A DNA stretch of 20,965 nucleotides from Candidatus Woesearchaeota archaeon (GTDB lineage Archaea; Nanobdellota; Nanobdellia; Woesearchaeales; JACPBV01). The position numbers were made by a program, and so were the translations under genes. Positions 15,801 through 20,965 of the stretch are shown here, in pieces (within the stretch, counting starts at the first letter, position 1; every line of letters begins with the position of its first letter). Location: assembly GCA_019323195.1 (NCBI GenBank), contig JAHWHQ010000005.1, positions 1-20,965 on the forward strand. Reading direction: 5' to 3'. The notes beneath the pieces were generated by a model. That model did no database searches. It saw nothing but the letters and a program-made list of their open reading frames with translations, and was not told where the DNA came from.

Positions 15801-18296
15801 GTCAGCATTAGCTTCACATCCGCTCCTGTCAAAATCATACATCATGCAGTTGGTAGACAGGGTATAATTCTTCCTGTTGCAAAACCCGCTGCTTGTCCAT
15901 GAGCAACTCGCGTTATTAGGGGCAGTAGTGCAGGATACGTTATTCAGGCCGTTGCATATGCTAAACTGGCTCTGGTTCATATCGCACATCCCTCCTGTAG
16001 GGGGAATATCCCACTGGCATCCTTCTGTGTTAGTGCAGCCGTTCTGATCATCGGCATACATCCAGCAGTTTCCTCCTATCATCTCGCACCATTCCCCGTC
16101 GCTGTTGTTAACCCACGCGCACATAGGGTCCGGATTGCATGTATTATTATCTTCATACATGCCGCAATTGCTCATAAAACTCCCTCCGCAGAAATCCCCG
16201 CCGAAGCATTTGGAATCCCCGCAGTCGATATAGCCGTCGCCGTCATTATCCTCCCCGTCATAACACAGCTCTGTAGAGCCTCCGCTGGTTCCCTCCTCGA
16301 CGCACATCCCGTTGCTCCATGTGCAGTTCTTTCCAGAGCCTAGCCCGCCCTTGTCCCTGCATGAGGTGTCTGTAAAGCATTCCCCGCAGTCTTCAGTGCA
16401 GCCCTCCTTGTTCTGGGAATCGCACCATCCCTTGCTTGAATCATCAGGGTCAGCAAACCATGTGCAGTTGGCAGCGCTGTTCTTGCATGCAGTCATGGCC
16501 TCATTTACAGTCTTTCCCATATAAGTACAGACAGAGCATTTAGTATTGCAGTCGCCGCCCCCTGATTTCTTATATTCCTGCTTCTCCACGCATAGGCCTA
16601 TCCCGTTAGGCGCATAGGTGTCTGCCTTGAACGTGCAGTAGCCAAGCGGAGAATCCTCGCAGGATGATTTGGCGTTAGCTGATGTGACATTCTTTCCGCT
16701 GGCATCCCTGAACTCGCATGCCCAGCATACCTCTTTGCATGACTTGGCTCCGGCCCCAACCTTGGGCTCGCACCATCCAAAAGGCACTGTCTGGTTTCCG
16801 TTGCAGTAATACTCGACAACCCATGATCCTCCGGTATCCTCGCATTGTTTCTTGTTGGTTATCTCCTTCACATCATTAATATTCTCCTTTTCCATAAGCC
16901 TGTCATAGCACTTGCTGCTGGAATTATCCCATGCGCATGGCATGTACCATGGGTCTCCTGCTATCTTCCGGCATTTTGAAGGGCTGTCAAGGACATTATA
17001 ATCAACGCAGTAATGCGCTCCATCCCCGGGATCCTCAATATTATCCCAGCACTTTTTTGACATAGGCGCCTTATTGCAGCTGCTTCCGTTCCATGAGCAG
17101 CACCCTCCTAAAAAAGGAACCTCCTTGCAGAACGTATTATTGACTATATCAGTGCACCTTATCCCATTGACAATATTGGAGTTATTGCTGGCATTCTCCT
17201 GGCAGGCAGCAGCGCTGGCATTATAAAAGCATCCCCTTACCTGGTTGCATCGTGTTGAGTTGTAATCCATGATCCAGCATCCTGTCTTCATAAAATCCTG
17301 GTCCATGTCAAAATCATTGAAGCCGATCTGTATCGGATCCCTGCATGTACTGTCAGATTTATTATAGATGCAATAATAGGTGTCCATGCATCCTTTCTCA
17401 TTATTATTATACATAGTGCAGCCTGCGCTCATATCCTCCTCGCAGTAGGGATCATGATAGGTGCAGTTCAGGCCATAAAGGGTTCCGTTACCCACACAAG
17501 CATCCTGGCCTTCCCCATACCAGTTCCAGCATCCTACCTCCTCGCACCATCCGTAATTCTCCATGTAATTCCATTCACAGTTATCCTTCAGCTGGCATGT
17601 AGTCTTGTCCATTATGTTCCAGCATCCTTCCTGGTTGCACCATGGGTCATTATAGGTGCAGCTGAGGTTATAGGCATTATTCTGGCATGCAGATGAGTTT
17701 GTATAATCCCATATCCAGCAGTTGATCTCCTCGCAGTATTGGTATTGTGAATTCCAATTGCAGTTTAAGGTAGTTGCTCCTGTGCATTCCCCGGGAGTAT
17801 TGAAGTTCCAGCAGCCCTTTTCATAGCAGAAATTCCCGGAGCTGTCCCACTGGCAGGCATTCCCCTTATAGTCTGTCGCTGAGGTGCAGCCTGAAGAGGT
17901 GGTCTGGTCCCAGCAGCCGGGCTTATAGCAGTATGAATAGTCTGAGTTCCAGCTGCATCCCAAATCAGTGGAATGGGCCTGGCATGATGACTGGTTATAA
18001 TAAAGCCAGCATCCTTTCTCGCTGCACCACCCGTCATTAGTCCCTCCTCCTGTCTTCCATGTGCAGCTCATGTTAGAGTCAGCAGCAGCATTGCAGTCAG
18101 TCTCATCCCAAAAATTCCAGCAGCCCAGCTGGTTGCACCAGCCTCCACCATCCGCCCATGTATCTGCCATCCATGTGCATATAGAGGACTGCGCCTCGCA
18201 GCCTGTCTGGTTTCCGTCATACTGCCAGCATTCAAAACCCGCACCGAAAACAAAAGAAACGCCCAAGACAAGAATCAACCCTACCAACCCAATCAA
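12843..18296 (-). CDS. giant secreted, C-terminally membrane-anchored Cys/Trp-rich repeat surface protein, 1817 aa
   Basis: The N-terminus IGLVGLILVLGVSFVFGA is hydrophobic and signal-like. Residues ~21-1045 are tandem ~31-37-aa 4-Cys modules. Then come a Met-rich linker, a low-Cys beta-rich region, Cys-flanked DxDxDG acidic loops, an FN3-like segment (aa ~1338-1438), Gly9, a WSxC/TSP1-like Cys knot, a TM segment (aa 1788-1811) and a KKKGR tail. My hand count gives about 146 Cys and about 50 N-x-[ST] sequons. The start codon is TTG (see findings). Confidence 0.9.
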   Translation of the reverse strand: MIGLVGLILVLGVSFVFGAGFECWQYDGNQTGCEAQSSICTWMADTWADGGGWCNQLGCWNFWDETDCNAAADSNMSCTWKTGGGTNDGWCSEKGCWLYYNQSSCQAHSTDLGCSWNSDYSYCYKPGCWDQTTSSGCTSATDYKGNACQWDSSGNFCYEKGCWNFNTPGECTGATTLNCNWNSQYQYCEEINCWIWDYTNSSACQNNAYNLSCTYNDPWCNQEGCWNIMDKTTCQLKDNCEWNYMENYGWCEEVGCWNWYGEGQDACVGNGTLYGLNCTYHDPYCEEDMSAGCTMYNNNEKGCMDTYYCIYNKSDSTCRDPIQIGFNDFDMDQDFMKTGCWIMDYNSTRCNQVRGCFYNASAAACQENASNNSNIVNGIRCTDIVNNTFCKEVPFLGGCCSWNGSSCNKAPMSKKCWDNIEDPGDGAHYCVDYNVLDSPSKCRKIAGDPWYMPCAWDNSSSKCYDRLMEKENINDVKEITNKKQCEDTGGSWVVEYYCNGNQTVPFGWCEPKVGAGAKSCKEVCWACEFRDASGKNVTSANAKSSCEDSPLGYCTFKADTYAPNGIGLCVEKQEYKKSGGGDCNTKCSVCTYMGKTVNEAMTACKNSAANCTWFADPDDSSKGWCDSQNKEGCTEDCGECFTDTSCRDKGGLGSGKNCTWSNGMCVEEGTSGGSTELCYDGEDNDGDGYIDCGDSKCFGGDFCGGSFMSNCGMYEDNNTCNPDPMCAWVNNSDGEWCEMIGGNCWMYADDQNGCTNTEGCQWDIPPTGGMCDMNQSQFSICNGLNNVSCTTAPNNASCSWTSSGFCNRKNYTLSTNCMMYDFDRSGCEANADCEWRIESFCSLKVDTCFSRNETACAQLDYCVWNYDEWMQSYACRPHCFNSSLTQSQCLGKDSCQWSAGICMPGGVGGGGMGVVMMDDCWKFENDQTQCNNQSSCMWMEEQGQFCDVDTSNYCKDKNQTSCQAEGNCSWWTDPTGNSWCDYKAWECNMNSSRQSSAALCTAGNSFCSWDNAGYCKPKCFNSSLSGDSTACTNEPGCMMRSGWCEGKMMGMMFQGDMMSQPPTSLGFDGRNSSIAHYSDIRSFGTKDEPDNWGLGISVHSIKDAAICNGESTRTSWDNPLLVPTTGTKTTRFYWYLDTDGDATGGCNAINDSSYPGFEFRLNYVGVMSSGELKETRVAYRCQNGNWTAAEIMLSSWKKAVCDMVGGGMISIQKSDLNTFTALYDPTEDMRVMVAAANGSRDYNSPLDYAGPSYYSPNQFDFRFEDCMCPECDMDGDGSKAKDDPDCGGFQKYGFFMIEDCFQGSGDEDGDGLTNCEDSDCKDFWFCLSTWEGVEDTTAPKLVHKEIDEYPDGGHIAIDTDESTNITVIFCGNNSRCNLTTAINVTDNTVDKRHSIDVRNITGGVNYKFANGTTYFYKVQMTDKSNNTAKSRTLNFTTAKTSSRKDCPDCRMVVRFDDIPEGWNVNMNHEGQNYTQGCLDCGKAAGLLVWYNETLDIEFVDNTTNAGIKLVNVTPRTLAGNSRTVDEGDFEKSTVNKAGGGTADFVKAEKDKFDDIRDKLRPEECRVYIPGNNTELWHCGDESDSLTCKNRTNESSKIGYHNSTDVSEWTVPNCEFSSWGDGAPAPSSGTTSGGGGGGGGGNTVAQCKDGIDNDGDGLIDYPADPDCVGYSDTTEGVPVSTECKENWVCTSWSECSKDGQMTRICRDYKNCGTVKYKPTTRQSCAYSPQPPAEAGRSVGEIRNNDGVNWKWDGSVWVKQGAPEYEQIGLEAERGEIPEALAPSQVEQYNLVFTALFAVLAVVLICLLVIYLVMKKKGR
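13377..13403 (-). repeat. (GGC/GGA)9 trinucleotide tract encoding Gly9
   Basis: The plus strand reads gccgccgcctccgccgcctccgccgcc. It encodes G1632-G1640 of the giant protein. Confidence 0.9.
17427..18236 (-). repeat. eight consecutive clean copies of the coding tandem repeat C-W-x(7-9)-C-x(5-10)-C-x-[WY]-x(4-10)-C-x4
   Basis: C-W pairs fall at aa 23, 59, 96, 128, 162, 193, 225 and 256, a spacing of 31-37 aa. On the plus strand this appears as a recurring CCAGCA(N)CC, the reverse of GGN-TGC-TGG, every ~93-111 nt. Degenerate copies continue to about aa 1045 (nt ~15162). Confidence 0.85.
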
Positions 18297-18602
18297 AGCT
18301 ATAGTTCTAATTTTCGTTTAAACCACCCCTTTTGAATTATTGAAATATTTTTGGTTTTAATAGGTCTTTTAATTAATATTATTTAAATGTTTCTTTTTTT
18401 TGGAGGCAAAAATTAACTATTCCGGGATAAAAAATCTATTTTTGTTCATCTGCTTAAACTTTCTGCTTTATGAAAAGAATATCTTTTTATTGCTTAATTG
18501 CTGTTATTTTCTGTTAAAAAAATTGTAGCATTAAAACAAAAACCTTTTCCATTATTGTATTTGCTCCTCTTGGCATATTCTCTCTGGGTCCAATTGTATC
18601 CT

Positions 18603-19055
18603 CTAGAATGTTATCTGCTTCTCTTTTATCGTATTAAGTATAAGCCTGGTATTTGTCCTCTCGACAAAATCATAGGTCTGCACTTTCTTAAGAAAATTGT
18701 CCATCTGCCTCCTGTTCCTGAACCGTGCCAGGATGGCAGCATCAAAATCCCCTGTGAGGTCATACACGGCAAATACGTTAGGATGGTGCGCTATCTCTTT
18801 CTCCACCTGAAAGAGCTTCCCTTTTGATATCCTTATCTCAATCAATACCTCAAAATCAAAGCCTATCTTATCATAATCCATTATTGTTGTGAACCTTTCT
18901 ATTATTCCTTCTTTTTTTAACCTGTTGACCCTGTTCATCACAGTAGCTGTAGATACCTTCACCCTCTTTGCTATCTCCCTGTAAGACAATGTAGAATCTG
19001 AGATTAATGTATTTATTATCCCTTTGTCAATCTTGTCAGGCTCCATTTTCATCAA
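18603..19055 (-). CDS. Lrp/AsnC family transcriptional regulator, 150 aa
   Basis: An N-terminal wHTH (DKGIINTLISDSTLSYREIAKRVKVSTATVMNRVNRLKKEGII) is followed by a RAM/AsnC_trans_reg domain (DFEVLIEI...GDFDAAILARF). Confidence 0.9.
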   Translation of the reverse strand: MMKMEPDKIDKGIINTLISDSTLSYREIAKRVKVSTATVMNRVNRLKKEGIIERFTTIMDYDKIGFDFEVLIEIRISKGKLFQVEKEIAHHPNVFAVYDLTGDFDAAILARFRNRRQMDNFLKKVQTYDFVERTNTRLILNTIKEKQITF

Positions 19056-19248
19056 AAAACATCTACAATTGTTTAGTCTGTGATATATTTATATTACTTG
19101 ACATAAACAAATATTTAAATTTTTCTAATTTTTTAATATTTTTGTTTATTTAAACATAGAGAAAATATATAAATGTTCCACATATCCCATGAAATAAAAT
19201 GGTGCAAGCGTTAATTGATGATTAATAAGAATAAGGCGGTGATATAAA

Positions 19249-20589
19249 ATGAAAGAAGAGATAAATAAGACATTGGAAAAAGCTAAAGAAGACGGGGTTA
19301 AATTTATCCAGCTGCAGTTCACAGACCTGCACGGAGCGATAAAATCTGTTACAATACCGATACACAGGCTGGCTGAAAGCCTGGAGAAAGGGACATGGTT
19401 CGACGGCAGCTCTATTGAAGGCTTTACAAGGATAGCAGAGTCAGACATGTACCTGAAGCCTGACATCTCCACCTATGCGCTTCTTCCCTGGGAGACAGGG
19501 GAATGCGCCACAGCAAGGCTGATATGTGACGTCTACATGCCTGACGGAAAGCCGTTTGAAGGCGACCCGAGGTACATACTCAAGAAGGTCATGAAAGAGG
19601 CATCAGAGCTGGGCTATGACTATAATGTAGGCCCTGAGCTGGAGTTTTTCCTGTTCAGGCCCAAGGAGGACGGGCAGCTTATTCCGCTTACCCATGACAA
19701 GGCAGGATATTTTGATTTTTCCCCAAGGGACCTGGCAGTGCAGGTAAGGAATGACATCATTAAAGCGCTGGAATCCATGGGCTTAGAGGTTGAGATGTCC
19801 CACCATGAGGTCGCTCCTGGCCAGCACGAGATAGATTTCAGGTATGATAATGCAATAAAGACAGCAGACAATGCAATAACGTTCAAGCATGTCGTAAAAT
19901 CGATAGCGCAGAAGCACGGCCTGTATGCCACCTTCATGCCAAAGCCGATATTCGGCGTCAACGGCTCAGGGATGCATGTCCACCAAAGCCTTTTCAGTAA
20001 AGACGGGAAGAACGCATTCTTTGATGAGAAAGACAGCTATAAGCTAAGCAGCACAGCCAAAAGCTTTATTGCAGGCCAGCTTGCCCATGTAAAGGCCATG
20101 TCTGCTGTCACAGCCCCAAAGGTGAACTCATACAAGAGGCTTGTCCCTGGGTATGAGGCTCCTGTCTACATCTGCTGGGCCCAGGTCAACAGGTCAGCGC
20201 TGATAAGGATCCCAAGGTACAGCCCTGGAAGGGAGAATGCGACAAGGGCTGAACTAAGATGCCCTGATCCCTCCTGCAACCCTTATCTGGCATTTGCTGT
20301 CATGCTGAAGGCCGGACTGGACGGCATAAAGAACAAATTAGCCCCTCCAGCGCCTGTTGAGGAGGATGTCTATGAGTTCGACGAGATAAAGCTTGAGAAG
20401 CGCAGCATAGGGACCCTGCCAGGCTCGCTGGAGGGCGCGCTTTCAGAGCTGAAGAAAGACAAGGTGATACAGGATGCCTTAGGCAGCCATACCTACCCTA
20501 TCTACCTGGCAGCAAAGAAAGCAGAGTATGATGATTACAGGCTGCAGGTGACACAATGGGAGCTCGAGAGGTATTTTGAGTCGACTTAA
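19249..20589 (+). CDS. glnA: glutamine synthetase type I, 446 aa
   Basis: Full-length GS signatures are present: FTDLHG, DGSSIEGF, EVAPGQHEI, KPIFGVNGSGMHVHQSL, NSYKRLVPGYEAP and NPYLAFAV. The SD ggcggtgat lies 7 nt upstream. Confidence 0.95.
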   Translation: MKEEINKTLEKAKEDGVKFIQLQFTDLHGAIKSVTIPIHRLAESLEKGTWFDGSSIEGFTRIAESDMYLKPDISTYALLPWETGECATARLICDVYMPDGKPFEGDPRYILKKVMKEASELGYDYNVGPELEFFLFRPKEDGQLIPLTHDKAGYFDFSPRDLAVQVRNDIIKALESMGLEVEMSHHEVAPGQHEIDFRYDNAIKTADNAITFKHVVKSIAQKHGLYATFMPKPIFGVNGSGMHVHQSLFSKDGKNAFFDEKDSYKLSSTAKSFIAGQLAHVKAMSAVTAPKVNSYKRLVPGYEAPVYICWAQVNRSALIRIPRYSPGRENATRAELRCPDPSCNPYLAFAVMLKAGLDGIKNKLAPPAPVEEDVYEFDEIKLEKRSIGTLPGSLEGALSELKKDKVIQDALGSHTYPIYLAAKKAEYDDYRLQVTQWELERYFEST

Positions 20590-20635
20590 GTTAGCTTTTT
20601 AAACTAGCCCATACTACCCAGATAAAGTTAATAGC

Positions 20636-20965
20636 ATGGCAGGAACAATAACAGAAAAGATACTAAAGGAGCATCTCGTTGCTGGAAGGCTTGAGCCTGG
20701 GGAAGAGATAGCTATCAGGATAGACCAGACATTAACCCAGGACGCCACAGGAACTATGGCTTACCTCCAGTTCGAGGCATTAAACATCCCTTCTATCAGG
20801 ACAGACCTGTCAGTAAGCTATGCAGACCATAACATCTCTGAGACAGGAAAGGAAAACATTGAATTCTTAGAAAGCTTTGCTGACAGGTACGGAATCATTT
20901 TCTCAAAGCCCGGAAACGGCATATGCCACCAGCTGCATCTGGAAAGGTTTGCAAAGCCCTCTGCA
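20636..20965 (+). CDS. aconitase-family (aconitate hydratase / dehydratase large subunit) protein, N-terminal 110 aa, runs off the window
   Basis: Hand translation gives MAGTITEKILKEHLVAGRLEPGEEIAIRIDQTLTQDATGTMAYLQFEAL...KPGNGICHQLHLERFAKPSA. The IDQ..TQDATG and GxGICHQ motifs are aconitase-family hallmarks. It is absent from the track because no stop lies in the window. Confidence 0.8.
   Translation, partial: MAGTITEKILKEHLVAGRLEPGEEIAIRIDQTLTQDATGTMAYLQFEALNIPSIRTDLSVSYADHNISETGKENIEFLESFADRYGIIFSKPGNGICHQLHLERFAKPSA

Noticed and set aside
15162-18236. Regular ~100-nt periodicity that might suggest a CRISPR-like or satellite array.
   Set aside because: The periodicity is at the protein level, with conserved Cys/Trp codons in one long ORF. 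The units are not identical at the DNA level, and there is no repeat-spacer structure.
13633-18321. Many track ORFs inside the giant gene: plus-strand 13633-13881, 13893-14213, 14098-14538, 14602-14811, 15272-15553, 15442-15681, 16312-16524, 17454-17696 and 18061-18321. Out-of-frame minus-strand ORFs are 15329-15544, 16598-16819, 17765-18037 and 18068-18271.
   Set aside because: All are nested in the 5.4-kb ORF, which has strong repeat and domain logic. Their products are low-complexity Ser/Pro/Ala/Leu-rich shadow translations with no motifs.
18498-18827. Plus-strand 109-aa ORF.
   Set aside because: It overlaps the 3' half of the Lrp/AsnC gene on the opposite strand, and the Lrp reading is unambiguous.
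19103-19149. A 9-bp inverted repeat (ataaacaaa / tttgtttat) in the lrp-glnA intergenic region as an Lrp operator.
   Set aside because: It is short and lies in DNA that is nearly all A/T, so chance occurrence is likely.
19146-19961. Minus-strand ORFs 19146-19472 and 19620-19961.
   Set aside because: They are antisense to glnA.

Overview
The window most likely comes from a low-GC archaeon, possibly DPANN-like; this is inference only. Support: TATA-like boxes sit 26-30 nt upstream of several start codons with no Shine-Dalgarno, oligo-T tracts follow stop codons, an Lrp/AsnC gene is divergent from glnA, and a huge sequon-rich surface protein is present. Housekeeping genes: a fused membrane/spermidine-synthase-family protein, tatA (not in the ORF track), tatC, glnA, an Lrp/AsnC regulator and the 5' end of an aconitase-family gene. 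AT-rich accessory cassettes are interspersed: a Doc-type toxin, a class-II Fic protein behind a 15-bp palindrome, an AbrB/PIN (VapBC) pair wedged between tatA and tatC, and an RHH-UPF0175/DUF3368 pair. The most interesting region is the minus-strand block 7658-18296. It holds a 1817-aa secreted, C-terminally anchored protein built from about 30 copies of a 4-Cys C-W module (about 146 Cys, about 50 N-x-S/T sequons). Downstream follows a translationally coupled operon: SdpI/DUF1648-like membrane protein, an unannotated 57-aa zinc ribbon, a NapH/MauN-like Fe-S membrane protein, and an AmmeMemoRadiSam radical SAM enzyme with a textbook twin-arginine signal (SRREFLK). A fused Memo-AMMECR1 protein with an N-terminal signal anchor comes after an inserted TA cassette. 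I read this as a candidate extracytoplasmic AmmeMemoRadiSam maturation system, with the Cys/Trp-repeat giant as a possible client. That link is hypothesis, not demonstrated. No rRNA, tRNA, CRISPR array or transposase was recognised.
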